A stretch of 64,000 bases of DNA, from NCBI GenBank assembly GCA_000165345.1, contig CM000434.1, positions 384,001 to 448,000 on the forward strand, given 5' to 3'. Positions 1-10,482 of the stretch are shown here, in pieces. Within the stretch, counting starts at the first letter, position 1. Each line of letters starts with the position of its first letter. Both the position numbers and the translations under genes were made by a program. A model generated the notes under the pieces. That model searched no databases, was not told where the DNA came from, and saw nothing but the letters and a program-made list of their open reading frames with translations.

Positions 1-140
1 ATTAAATAATTTGTAGGATTATTTTCTTCTGATCGAGTAATTCCATATTCATGGAAGGATTTTATAATGTGTGGCCCTATTCCATATTTGTTTGAGCTTT
101 CAGATAGCTTTATATATAATTTATCTGTTTCCCAATCCAT
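1..140 (-). CDS. Possible 5' end of a gene running off the left edge (ATG on minus strand at 140-138; MDWETDKLYIKLSESSNKYGIGPHIIKSFHEYGITRSEENNPTNYL...)
   Basis: Minus-strand frame is open from the ATG at 140 to position 1. No family recognised. It lies ~100 bp past the SR-beta stop. Confidence 0.25.
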   Translation of the reverse strand, partial: MDWETDKLYIKLSESSNKYGIGPHIIKSFHEYGITRSEENNPTNYL

Positions 141-179
141 TTAGTGAAGCAAAAGACTTCAGAATATTTAGCGCTGCTA

Positions 180-197
180 AAAAAAAAAAAAAAAAAA
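180..197. repeat. A18 homopolymer (T18 on minus strand) in the 3' region downstream of the SR-beta stop
   Basis: Run of 18 A seen directly at 180-197. Confidence 0.9.
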
Positions 198-243
198 TCG
201 GAAATATAAAAATAAATGGAAACTTAAATTTTGCAAAAAAAAT

Positions 244-1077
244 TTATTGGAGAAATGAATCAATTTTAGATTTGAATTCATCATATGAATACTTAATGCT
301 GAGTTTCATAAATTGAAAATTTATATTGTGTAAATTTTCAAAACTAAATGGCATGTCATTGTCTATTAGATCGGATAAATCGTGATCTGAGTTGCAATAT
401 CGGACGTTAAACAATCGCTCTCTGCATTTGTCAAAGTTTTAAATCATTTTATTAGAAACTTACATGCTACGCTCTAATTCATCTTTAATATATGAAATGC
501 TTCGTGAAGTAATTAGATCTGATTTATTGAATAATATTAGCACTCTGTATATCTGTTTTTTTGTTTCGGAATCATTGTTCGAGTAAATTTTAATATTGTG
601 AATTTCTCTAATAATTGAAAACAAAATTTCCGCAGCATCTTTAAAAGACGATTTGTCGTTACTATCAATTACAAAAATTATTGAAACAGAGTTATTGAGA
701 TATTTCAGAATAAAATCATTAATAATTCTTCTGTTCCCAGGGATGTCAACCAAATATCTGTTATCTTTTATTCTTGTCACTCCAGGAACAATAGAAGTTG
801 TTGTTCTTGTTGTTTTATTTTTTTTTACCTAGATGCAATTAAAGATAACTTAGAATAATTAGAAAATTACCTTATAGAATAGTGTGGTCTTTCCCGATCC
901 AGAAGGACCAATTATGAGTGAATAAATATTCTGTGACTTTGTACCTTGGATGCTAAATAAAATAATGCTAATTATATAATTAGCTAAGTAAATTCCAATA
1001 TCAATAAACTTAAGGGAATGGAGTAGAGAGACTCCTATCACTATAGCTATTGTGTAAAATAATAGTTCCCAAAACAT
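244..1077 (-). CDS. SRPRB: Signal recognition particle receptor beta subunit (SR-beta, Arf-like GTPase with N-terminal TM anchor); 3 exons: 871-1077 (or from TTG at 1152), 464-828, 244-421; introns 829-870 and 422-463 (42 nt each)
   Basis: TM segment MFWELLFYTIAIVIGVSLL, then P-loop IIGPSGSGKTTLFYK. Exon 2 gives TTTSIVPG...LVDIPGN (switch/DxxG) and LFNKSDL (NKxD). The apparent stop of ORF 460-780 is a GTAAGT donor. Spliced exon 3 adds ...MPFSFENLHNINFQFMKLSIK (SAK-like G5) and gives ~274 aa, matching SR-beta architecture. Confidence 0.7.
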
Positions 1078-1333
1078 TTTTAATATAATCAAATTTGAAG
1101 ATAGTATCAAATTAAACAGCTTAAAATTGACCGCCTGAAGGTAATAAATCAAACTTTCTTAAAATAGATTGAAAATAATTAATCATCAAATAATGAAATT
1201 GTATGTATATCCACGCTCTAATAGATTTAGCTACATTATAAACATAAATAGTTTAGTTTATTTGAACAGCAATCGAATTTTTGTTCTGGGCTTTGTATTT
1301 GCATTCCTAAATATCAGTCAACTATAGAATTGT

Positions 1334-1370
1334 TCCCGCAATTTGTGTGAATGGACTGTATGCACATGCA
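1334..1370. promoter_or_regulatory. Upstream motifs before the TSP gene: E2F-like TTCCCGC (1334-1340) and TGCACATGCA (1361-1370)
   Basis: Motifs seen ~45-80 bp upstream of the ATG at 1413. E2F-like (TTTGGCGGGAAA) and GCATGCA-type motifs are over-represented upstream of Cryptosporidium and other apicomplexan genes. Confidence 0.35.
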
Positions 1371-1412
1371 ACATAGCTTAAACAGTAAAATTTAGCCATT
1401 ATTTGAATAATA

Positions 1413-4400
1413 ATGTCAGGTGTGTTTAATAAGTTTGTTATTTGCTCCTTTTTGGTAATATTTTTATGCTTGGGGCCAGAGCATGTAGAATTTCATTTGG
1501 TCAACGGAAATAAAGTGGATTTAAATCAAATAGAAGGAAATGGCAGGTTCGAAGTTGAAAATAGAAAACTAATTAAATCAAATAGCCAAATTAATGATGA
1601 TATTAATGCCACTACCAAATATTCTGATTATAATGGCTATAATTTACCTGAAAACTCATCAGTATTTTCTGATCGGGAATTAAAATTCAATGGCTTAAAT
1701 ATCACAAGCTATGAAAACAGACAGTTGTATATTGATTCAAATGGTAGTATATCATCAACAAATAACAACTCGGAAACCAACTCTCTAAATGGTGAAATCC
1801 CAAATAATTCAAGTGAATTTCCAATAAAATCTATTGGAAAAGAACACGTTATTTCAGAGCACATTGACAATCACGTAAATTCACAATATGGTAATAACCA
1901 TGAAAACTTTACAAACATTACAGGAAAAGAAGTTAATTACAACAATTTTAATATAAGCAACAATGAACAAATAAGATTAGACACTTTGCAAGCAATTAAT
2001 AATAGTTTTAATGTTTTGACTGTTGATTTTTCAATGATATATGATGATTTAACCTTTGAACCTAATCTCAAATCAAATGTTGAATATACAATATTTAATA
2101 CATCAAATATAGAAGTGAAGAAAAAAATAGCGAAAGAGATAAAAACTAATAACGATGGCAATTTTGTTGTAAACCTAGAAGATTATTCTTCATATGGATT
2201 TGTAACATGGATTAAACCTGTAGAATCTAACTCTACAAAAGTCGTATTACAATCTAACTCAGGAATAATGCCAAACATGAAAATTAAATTGTTAGAAAAA
2301 CTTTTCCCAAGAAGAAACTTTACTAACGATGAACTGGATGTAATAATTTTGAGCGAATCCCGAAATGAAATAAGGCCATACGGCTATAGGGGAAGCCCTA
2401 TGATACTGACTCAATTTATCGAAAATATTGACTTAAACAACGAGAATGAAGATATATTTTCATTTATAGAAACAATTGAAACATTAAATCAAACAAGCTA
2501 CCTAAAAAACTCTAATAATAGCCTTCAAATAATAGATGATACTGGGAATAATGCTGCTTTTGAATTTTGGAATAACAGTTTTTTATTGCATGATAACCCA
2601 GATATACTTTCAATAAATTGTAATTACTATAATGAATGGTCATCTTGGAGCGCATGTACAAATGAATGTGGATGGGGGATTCAAACAAGAGGAAGAAGAA
2701 TCAATGCAAATTTAATAGATAAGTCTTTTCAATTATCTGACTTTGAAATTAGTGAAATGCTCAGAAAATGTAAGGTGCAAGTTCAAACTCAGGGGTGTAC
2801 ATCCAAAATAGGTTGTTGTGAATACCAATCTCCTAAGGAAAATCTTTGGAAAAACTGTACAGCAACTTGTGATAAACATGGAACAGAGGAACAGACCGTT
2901 GAAATAATATCAAATAAAAAAGGAAAAGTAAAGGATTCTAAATGTGAAAACAAAAAAATATTAAAAAGAAAATGTCTACGTTTATTAGGTGATAAATGCA
3001 AAACTTGCGAAACTACAGAATGGTCTAGATGGTCTAGTTGCAATAACGAAAACGGAGATTTTATTCAAAAGAGAACAAGAGAACTAACCAATGGAAATTG
3101 TGTTTATTCTCAAACTAAGCTAGAGGAAAGGAGAATCTGCGAGAAAATACCTTTGTTTTCAACATCGCCAATGACAAACAATGAAAATAACAGCACCAAA
3201 CAGAAATTTTTAATATCTTCTGAAAATTTAAACGATAAAGAAGCCATTCATGAGGTTAAAGAATGTGAACTTCAGAAATCAGAAATGAAGTACAATTTAA
3301 TTGAAGGAGCATGTGAATGCCCCAATGGCGTTAGTTATTGCGATAATACAGTAATTGAAAATGACAAAACATCTTGGGAATCGCACCTAAAAGAAATTTG
3401 TAATAAAAAAACAGATGCATTTTCTGATAAAAATCTGATGATAATGGCAAAAGGAAAGAGATTATACAACTGCAAAACTAAAAATTGGGAAAAATACACA
3501 ACAACTCCACTTGATTCAGATTGTAAAAATACTTATATACTATGTAAAGTAGAGAGTAATTGCATGGTTTCTAGTTGGTCAGATTGGTCAGGATGTAGTT
3601 CACCATGCAAGTCATCAACAAATGATCTAGATTCCACGACAATATTGAGTACAAGATTCAAAACAAGGAAAGTTATTTCTGGCGAATGCAAGGAACACTC
3701 ACTATTTATGGAAGAAGAATGTTTGGATATAAAGGAGTGTCCTCAAACTAAATATAAATTATCAGTAGATAAGACATCTAAAGAGCTTACCAATTTATTA
3801 TATAGCGAGGATATAAAGAGCCATATAAAAAAAACATTTACTAAATTACAAATGTACAGTGTTCAAGACGATTCAGTTTCAAATATAATGAAAAATTTAT
3901 TTAATAATGTGAGAGATATTATAATTAGAAATAGCGAGTATATTTACGAGCTTAATTTCAATCTTAATGTGTTTGGAGGTGATGGAAATTACCATATTCA
4001 AAGTTATATTAGTTTTATCTTGTCTAAATATAATTTTGATGATAGTGAATTAGTGAAAGATATTATCATTTGGGTAACAATTCCTACAGATGAGAATAAG
4101 GAAGTTTTATATGAAAAGCTATCAAAAAATGACAGACAGATAATTGGGTCAAATAAAGATGAAACCAATAAGTTTCTGGAAAATTTATTTCCTTCAAAAC
4201 TATCATCTATTAAAAACGAAACTGAACAAAACTCTTCTATCCAAACAGGGGATTTATTAACAAAAAACTTTAGCAGTTCAAATAATTCCAACTTGAATAT
4301 AGAGAATTCACAAGCGGTGGGAAACTTTAACTCAGAGAAAGAAAACGAAATATTTTCTAAAATAATTAATCCTGAATTACTATTTAAACTAATTCAAACT

Positions 4401-4793
4401 GCCATATTGAAAAATACAAACTGTAAACCAATAGAAATAAATAAACAAAACTTAAATGAAAGCAATAGTAAAACTAAATGTGTATGCCCTCCTGGATACA
4501 CATTGTGCAGTTCAATTGATTATTATTTTGGAAATCATATTAGTACCTTTGATAAGAGTAGAAAGATAGAAATAAGAACTCCTGAAGGTATTTTTTCAGA
4601 TAATTTTGTTCTTAACCAAGGTGGGATATTCGATCAAGTTTATGAAGAAGATAAAGAAAAATATTGCAATAAACCAGGAGCAAAAGCCATGTGTAGTTCC
4701 AATTCTGAACTGCTAGATACATTAAAACATTTTGGAATAAAGGACTTGTATTCAATGTTTGTTCGCTTTCAAAGTGCTGAAGAATCTAGCTAA
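1413..4793 (+). CDS. Secreted thrombospondin type-1 repeat (TSP1) protein with EGF-like motif, apicomplexan TRAP/TSP-family adhesin-like, 1126 aa
   Basis: N-terminal signal peptide MSGVFNKFVICSFLVIFLCLG. Three WSxWSxC TSP1 cores (WSSWSACTNECGWG ~2640; WSRWSSCNNENG ~3020; SSWSDWSGCSSPC ~3570). C-terminal CVCPPGYTLC EGF-like motif (~4480). No C-terminal TM is evident. Confidence 0.85.
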   Translation: MSGVFNKFVICSFLVIFLCLGPEHVEFHLVNGNKVDLNQIEGNGRFEVENRKLIKSNSQINDDINATTKYSDYNGYNLPENSSVFSDRELKFNGLNITSYENRQLYIDSNGSISSTNNNSETNSLNGEIPNNSSEFPIKSIGKEHVISEHIDNHVNSQYGNNHENFTNITGKEVNYNNFNISNNEQIRLDTLQAINNSFNVLTVDFSMIYDDLTFEPNLKSNVEYTIFNTSNIEVKKKIAKEIKTNNDGNFVVNLEDYSSYGFVTWIKPVESNSTKVVLQSNSGIMPNMKIKLLEKLFPRRNFTNDELDVIILSESRNEIRPYGYRGSPMILTQFIENIDLNNENEDIFSFIETIETLNQTSYLKNSNNSLQIIDDTGNNAAFEFWNNSFLLHDNPDILSINCNYYNEWSSWSACTNECGWGIQTRGRRINANLIDKSFQLSDFEISEMLRKCKVQVQTQGCTSKIGCCEYQSPKENLWKNCTATCDKHGTEEQTVEIISNKKGKVKDSKCENKKILKRKCLRLLGDKCKTCETTEWSRWSSCNNENGDFIQKRTRELTNGNCVYSQTKLEERRICEKIPLFSTSPMTNNENNSTKQKFLISSENLNDKEAIHEVKECELQKSEMKYNLIEGACECPNGVSYCDNTVIENDKTSWESHLKEICNKKTDAFSDKNLMIMAKGKRLYNCKTKNWEKYTTTPLDSDCKNTYILCKVESNCMVSSWSDWSGCSSPCKSSTNDLDSTTILSTRFKTRKVISGECKEHSLFMEEECLDIKECPQTKYKLSVDKTSKELTNLLYSEDIKSHIKKTFTKLQMYSVQDDSVSNIMKNLFNNVRDIIIRNSEYIYELNFNLNVFGGDGNYHIQSYISFILSKYNFDDSELVKDIIIWVTIPTDENKEVLYEKLSKNDRQIIGSNKDETNKFLENLFPSKLSSIKNETEQNSSIQTGDLLTKNFSSSNNSNLNIENSQAVGNFNSEKENEIFSKIINPELLFKLIQTAILKNTNCKPIEINKQNLNESNSKTKCVCPPGYTLCSSIDYYFGNHISTFDKSRKIEIRTPEGIFSDNFVLNQGGIFDQVYEEDKEKYCNKPGAKAMCSSNSELLDTLKHFGIKDLYSMFVRFQSAEESS

Positions 4794-4807
4794 AATTTAA
4801 ATTTTCA

Positions 4808-6106
4808 CTATTTCTTCTCATCATAGCTAACTGTGGTAATTTTTATTACATTCATTTGGTTAGATAAAATATGATTTTCAGATATCTTAATCCCTCCCAC
4901 AGTTTCTATATTTACCAGGTTTTTCTCTAAATCAATATGTAAGGATTTTAAAAGTGTTTTAACCATAGTTCCGTTAGGAACAAGAATACAATCTTGAAAC
5001 GCAGAATTATTTGTTTCATCATGCAAATTGTTCGTAAAAGTTTTTATGTTCTTTACGGGATATATTGGTATCAGGCCTAATAAATCAACAGCCTTGTTAA
5101 CTGCATCTTGTACTCCTGTGACTCCATGTCTGAATAGTACCATATCTTTAATATTTTCTAACCTTGATTTTAACTTGTCATCTATTAACTTAAGACCGTG
5201 AGATTCTTCATTATGAATATCTTCGCTTGTGATAAATGAAGAATAATTGTAATTATTACTATCGTATACTAGTTTAATATAGTTTTGTCTTACCATCTTT
5301 TTAATGAAATACTCAGCTAAAGACGATGCTACTACAATTTCATGATCACTTCCATACTTTTCGTAAAACTTTACAATGTTTGAATCAGAACTCTCACTCA
5401 TTATGTCAGCCTTATTTAGCACAAGCACAAACGGAAATCTAATTTTAATGAATTGTCTTACTAAATCCAATATATTAGTTTTATCCCAGTTTGAAAAATC
5501 AACAGAATCTTTAAGCTTCATTGAAGATATAAGCTTGCTGATCATTAATTCGTTACACCCATATCCAGAAAACTGATTTAATAAGAGCTTGGAAATTGAT
5601 ATATCTGATGTTTTGCTTTTCCTAACAACACTGGACCAATTTGAATTAATATTATTAAAAATCCACATTTCAATTTCTATTCTAAGCCACTCGTGATCAT
5701 TTATTGGATTATAATTAGTTGTATACTCACCTTTTTCATTTGTATTTCCACTAATATCAATTATATGTAACAAAACATGTGCATGCCTAAGATCATCGAG
5801 AAACTTATTCCCAAGTCCATTCCCAAGATGAGCACCAGGTATCAATCCAGCAATGTCAAGCATCTTGATTGGTACATATCGGTATCCATTATTGCAATTT
5901 CCATACTTAGGTTTGCATATTACATTATATTTCTTGCATGGACATTCTGCAATGTAATGAGTTATTCCAACATTTGGCTCAATGGTAGTGAATGGGTAGT
6001 TACCTATTTTTGCTGGATTGTCAGTAATAGATGAGAAAAATGTAGACTTCCCGGAAGAAGGTTTACCAACACAACCAATTATATATTCCTTTTGTATAGA
6101 AGTCAT
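4808..6106 (-). CDS. OBG/YchF-superfamily GTPase, YGR210C-like, 432 aa
   Basis: G1 GCVGKPSSGKSTFF and G2-region NYPFTTIEPNVG. The length fits YGR210C-type OBG-like GTPases. Confidence 0.8.
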   Translation of the reverse strand: MTSIQKEYIIGCVGKPSSGKSTFFSSITDNPAKIGNYPFTTIEPNVGITHYIAECPCKKYNVICKPKYGNCNNGYRYVPIKMLDIAGLIPGAHLGNGLGNKFLDDLRHAHVLLHIIDISGNTNEKGEYTTNYNPINDHEWLRIEIEMWIFNNINSNWSSVVRKSKTSDISISKLLLNQFSGYGCNELMISKLISSMKLKDSVDFSNWDKTNILDLVRQFIKIRFPFVLVLNKADIMSESSDSNIVKFYEKYGSDHEIVVASSLAEYFIKKMVRQNYIKLVYDSNNYNYSSFITSEDIHNEESHGLKLIDDKLKSRLENIKDMVLFRHGVTGVQDAVNKAVDLLGLIPIYPVKNIKTFTNNLHDETNNSAFQDCILVPNGTMVKTLLKSLHIDLEKNLVNIETVGGIKISENHILSNQMNVIKITTVSYDEKK

Positions 6107-6259
6107 TATAGTTTTCGCTAAAAATTTGACTTGAGCGATTTAATTTGTTGAAAATATACCGCTTTATTCATACTATTTTAATTTAAAAATGGAAAATAAC
6201 TAATATATTCAAAGCTAGTTTAAACAAATTTCTCCTAGTTTACTAATGCATTCAGAATA

Positions 6260-7738
6260 ATGAAACTAAAAAATCAGAATGAATTGATTTATTCTAATTC
6301 ATCAAAATTTGATAAGGATTCTCGAGAATTTATTATATCTGATTTAGATAAAAAATTTTTTTTGAATGAAATTGATCAAATTCATTTTAATAATAATACT
6401 ATTGAATTTGGAACTATAGAACGAAGTTTGGCCAGAGATCATGCCACAAATTACCAAGAAAATTCTTTTAAAAAACAATGTTCCAACAAACATATCGCTA
6501 GTTATTCTGAGATACCTTCTGATATAAATCAATGTGAACTAACAGAAATAGTACCCGCAGGGACTGCTTATTTAAATTCCACTTCATTTACTTCAAAGCC
6601 TTTAAGGGAAGTCTACGTTGGGAATTTACCTCAGGGAATAACAGTCACAGAATTATTAGAATATATTAATCGTTCAATAATTAAAAATAGTGTATCTCAT
6701 ACTAATGGAAATCCAGTAGTATCAGCATGGATAAATTCCGATGGTAAATACGCGTTTTGTGAATGCAGATCAATAGAAGAAGCAAATACTTTGTTAAGAC
6801 TTAATAATTTACTTAGCTTCAAAGGAAATTTGCTGAGAATTGGAAAACCTAAGGTTAGCGAAAATATTATTGGAGATCAACCGTCAAATAACTCTACATT
6901 GATCAATCAAATCACACAAAGTACATCCATTATATCGCCATATTTTAATAACATTCCTTTGGTATTAAAAAAAAAGGAAACAATTCTAATTACTGGAATA
7001 AATAAGAAATTCGTTTTAGAGGATATTAAAGAAATGCTCAGTATTAAAAATATTGAAATACTGGAACTAATTGATTACCGTAATAAATATAAGATAGCAA
7101 TATGCGAAGGGGATCTTAACACAGATATTACCGATAAAGTTGTGAATAAACTTGGGACAGAAATTAAAATACTAAGAATGAAAAATTGTAATTCAAAAGT
7201 CATCCATGCTGTTAACAATCATCTTAAAAATTTGTCTTGCATAGTTAGGGAAAGTAATAAATTATTACTCAAGACAGAAAAGTTCGAAAATATTCAAAGT
7301 AAAAATGTGATATCTTTGCTCCTTCCTCAAAAACCATGCCGTTGTATTTTACTTTCAAATATTCTCACGGTTGAGGAGTTATTGATTCCTAGTACTTACT
7401 CTTCTATTCATGAAGAAATTCACGAAAAATGTTTAAAATATGGAGAAATATACAAAACCACTATTCCAATTCCGGAAAGAGCTCTTTCTAACAAAGATCA
7501 ATTTAATGATCCTTATTTTGGAAGAGCATTTATTTTTTTTTATAATGTGGAGAGCGCAATAAAAGCCAAGCTAGATTTATTTAAAATGAGGTTTCTCGGA
7601 AGAAATATGAAAATAAGTTATTATTGCGAGCATGAATTTCTTCATGGCAATTTATTTTCATGCGAGCCTAACAGATTCGATCCAATCGATGATCAAGAAC
7701 TTTTAAAAATTATAAATCCTATCCAAGTAGATTGCTAA
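6260..7738 (+). CDS. U2AF2: U2AF large subunit (U2AF65)-like splicing factor with RRMs and C-terminal UHM; no N-terminal RS domain
   Basis: REVYVGNLPQGITVTELLEY...NGNPVVSAWINSDGKYAFCECRSIEEANTLL...FKGNLLRIGKP closely parallels U2AF65 RRM1 (RLYVGNIP...[30 protein letters not shown]...QGQSLKIRRP). The C-terminus GRAFIFFYNVESAIKAK...RFLGRNMKISYY resembles the UHM. Confidence 0.7.
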   Translation: MKLKNQNELIYSNSSKFDKDSREFIISDLDKKFFLNEIDQIHFNNNTIEFGTIERSLARDHATNYQENSFKKQCSNKHIASYSEIPSDINQCELTEIVPAGTAYLNSTSFTSKPLREVYVGNLPQGITVTELLEYINRSIIKNSVSHTNGNPVVSAWINSDGKYAFCECRSIEEANTLLRLNNLLSFKGNLLRIGKPKVSENIIGDQPSNNSTLINQITQSTSIISPYFNNIPLVLKKKETILITGINKKFVLEDIKEMLSIKNIEILELIDYRNKYKIAICEGDLNTDITDKVVNKLGTEIKILRMKNCNSKVIHAVNNHLKNLSCIVRESNKLLLKTEKFENIQSKNVISLLLPQKPCRCILLSNILTVEELLIPSTYSSIHEEIHEKCLKYGEIYKTTIPIPERALSNKDQFNDPYFGRAFIFFYNVESAIKAKLDLFKMRFLGRNMKISYYCEHEFLHGNLFSCEPNRFDPIDDQELLKIINPIQVDC

Positions 7739-7746
7739 TTTATATT

Positions 7747-10131
7747 TTAATTCAATGGTTTATCATTTGCCATAATTTCGTTTTCGCTCCTACCTTTAAT
7801 AGATGAATGATGATTTATGACATCATTCAAAGTATCTTCTTGTTTTTCTAAACGTTCAACTTTGTTTCTGAGCTCACTTAATCTTGTATTAAGCGAATTT
7901 TGTAGTTCGGGATTCATCTGATTCATTGTTTGAATTAAAGTTCCCCATTGTTCCAGTGATAATAATTTCTCAACGGTTTCATTCTTTTCTCTTGATAGAT
8001 CATCTAAACAAGCTTTTGCATCGCTTAACTGTTGTTCAATCAACATATTTTTTTTGTCTATCTCCTGTATAATGTTTTCTTTAATCATTAACTCGTGCTC
8101 TTTATTCACTAAAGTTTCTGTAAGTCTAAGCTGTTTCTCATTTTCTAATTTTACTGCTTTATCTAGCTTTTCTGTAAAGTTATTTCTGATTAAATCAATT
8201 TCGTGTTCATATTCAATTCTCTTCCTTTCAAAACCATCATGTTGATCTAACATTTGATTAATTAATCGTTTTTCTCTTTCTTGCTGTATTTTACAAATTT
8301 CTTGAATTTTTTGATTATTTTCTTCCTCTTTTTTCCTAAGTTTCCCATCCATATAATCATTTAACTGTATAATTTCATTATCCCTGGCATCTAATAGTCT
8401 TCTGATATGACTTTCAAATGAACCAAATTTACGCTTCAACTCTTCATTTATTCTGATTTGTTCTTTCTCATCAATGATCTTTTCTTCCAGTTTCTCTTTT
8501 AGTGTTTCTATTTCTTCTGCTTGTTTTTTACATTGATGAAGAATTTCAATATACTTGTCATTTTCCTTCTTAATAATATGTTCATATTCTAATTTTTGTT
8601 CTTCTAAAGCCTTATCAATATCAGTCATTCTATATGAGCTGTCTTCTAATGCGGAAAGTAAGATAGACTCTCTGTGCTCTAATGATTTCATATTTTGTCT
8701 AACAGTATCAACTTCATCTTTTAAATTTTTCATTATTTTTTCTTGGTTTGTTTTCTCTTCTGTAGAAATTTCCAATTGGGCTTTTAATAACATTAAATGA
8801 TCTTGCAATACATTATTTAGCTCATATCCTCTTTTAAGCTCTTCCAGTGATATTTTATTTTCATCGTTACACGACTTGATGTTTTCTAATAATTTTTCAA
8901 TTTCTTTATTTGCATTTTCCTTTGTCTCTAATAAATGAAGCTTTTCGTCCGTAACCTGGTTTACTACCAGGTTTAACTTATGTATTTTTTCTTCTAATTG
9001 ACCTATCTTATCGTTTAGTTCAGCTTTTTCTGCTAATAATTTGTTCTTTTCTGTTTGCAATTGAATTAGAGCAATTTCCGAATTATTAAGATTAGATATA
9101 TTTCTTTCATTCTGGATTTTCATAGCTTCTATCTCCATTATGTAGTTATGTATTGTTCCGTCAACTTTCCCATCTTGAATATTACTCAGTAGTTTTTTCA
9201 TACTATCTTTATATTTCTCCTTACTTCTTTTTGCATTTATAAGATCTTTTTGTAATAAATCAACTTTTTGAGATAATTTTATTATTTCGAAATTACTTTT
9301 CTGCATCTGTTCTCTTAAAATAGCAGCAAAATTATCTTTTCCCATGACCATTTTTTTTAATTTAGATATTGATATGGTTAATTTACGAATCAGTTCATTA
9401 ATAATAGAGGCATTTTCGTAGTAATTATTAACATAATCATTTTTTCCGTTGATTTTTTGATCTGCCACAGTATTATATTCATTAATTGATGGGTTAATTG
9501 AAGATCCCGACGATCTACTATAACTAATTGATTCGTCACTATCTTGAAAACTCTCTTTTGAAACATTCGGTCTAATTATGCCATTACTATCATTTAAAAA
9601 GTGTTTAGCAAAACCTTTGTTATTATTTCCAGTATCAAACATTGGAGAGGTTAAGTTAATTGCGGTACTGTTATTTGTATTATATGAATCTGACATTTGA
9701 ATTGAAAGTTGCTCTAAGTCATTACTTACTGATCGAAATATCGATTCAAATTCACTTGAACTATCATGACCAATCTTGTTTAATCTTGTTTTAAAGTTAT
9801 TATCTTCTATTTCAATGGACTTACTCTCTTCAGATGAATATGAACTACTATCAGATAAGTTTTCAGAATGATCTATTTTCCCCAATACTTCATTTCGAAA
9901 ATTTATTTTGTTTTTGCGTGCATTAACTTCGCGTTTAACATTGAGTTTGTCATTTGGAAACTTTGCAGAAACAAGAAGCTTTTTACCTTCATTGGTATTC
10001 ATAATTAATGATTCACTGAATCTTGGAGGTATTCCAAACGCTTTTGATATATTACTATTATTTCCATGTAACTTAATTTCTTGTGATTTTTGAGTTTTTT
10101 TATTTAGTCTTCTCTCAAGTGGTGTCACCAT
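7747..10131 (-). CDS. Coiled-coil protein with Ser-rich N-terminal region, 794 aa; function unknown
   Basis: Long K/E/L-rich heptad-like sequence. No catalytic motifs recognised. Confidence 0.55.
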   Translation of the reverse strand: MVTPLERRLNKKTQKSQEIKLHGNNSNISKAFGIPPRFSESLIMNTNEGKKLLVSAKFPNDKLNVKREVNARKNKINFRNEVLGKIDHSENLSDSSSYSSEESKSIEIEDNNFKTRLNKIGHDSSSEFESIFRSVSNDLEQLSIQMSDSYNTNNSTAINLTSPMFDTGNNNKGFAKHFLNDSNGIIRPNVSKESFQDSDESISYSRSSGSSINPSINEYNTVADQKINGKNDYVNNYYENASIINELIRKLTISISKLKKMVMGKDNFAAILREQMQKSNFEIIKLSQKVDLLQKDLINAKRSKEKYKDSMKKLLSNIQDGKVDGTIHNYIMEIEAMKIQNERNISNLNNSEIALIQLQTEKNKLLAEKAELNDKIGQLEEKIHKLNLVVNQVTDEKLHLLETKENANKEIEKLLENIKSCNDENKISLEELKRGYELNNVLQDHLMLLKAQLEISTEEKTNQEKIMKNLKDEVDTVRQNMKSLEHRESILLSALEDSSYRMTDIDKALEEQKLEYEHIIKKENDKYIEILHQCKKQAEEIETLKEKLEEKIIDEKEQIRINEELKRKFGSFESHIRRLLDARDNEIIQLNDYMDGKLRKKEEENNQKIQEICKIQQEREKRLINQMLDQHDGFERKRIEYEHEIDLIRNNFTEKLDKAVKLENEKQLRLTETLVNKEHELMIKENIIQEIDKKNMLIEQQLSDAKACLDDLSREKNETVEKLLSLEQWGTLIQTMNQMNPELQNSLNTRLSELRNKVERLEKQEDTLNDVINHHSSIKGRSENEIMANDKPLN

Positions 10132-10482
10132 TACATAAAGTGATTACAATATACATTAATTTCTTTAATATTATAGTGATTTAACTTATACAATCAATTT
10201 AATAGTTTTAGCTAGTGATTTGCTTAGTTTAAAATAAACGTGTGTTTCTACCAACTTTGCACACAATATACAATTTAAAAGTGATTATAAATAATCTTCC
10301 TTGATATAAAAAATTAAATTTAATTCATACGATTATATTTAAATTAATTAAGATTAGGATCTCAAAATTTCATTAGAAAATTTCGCCTCATGACTTTTAT
10401 TCTGTAAACTGCAGTTATGTGGTAACTAGATACCGCCATAATATTAGTTATTAATAAATTAATATTTTAAACACGGACAGAA

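Noticed and set aside
71-316. 81-aa plus-strand ORF at the left end
   Set aside because: It contains the A18 homopolymer (encoding poly-K) and overlaps the 3' region and exon 3 of the spliced SR-beta gene on the opposite strand. Its composition is typical of chance ORFs in AT-rich DNA.
460-462. Stop codon terminating ORF 460-780 (SR-beta exon 2)
   Set aside because: The TAA overlaps ATGTAAGT. Treating it as a donor and splicing to 421 restores the missing GTPase C-terminus, so the stop is not used.
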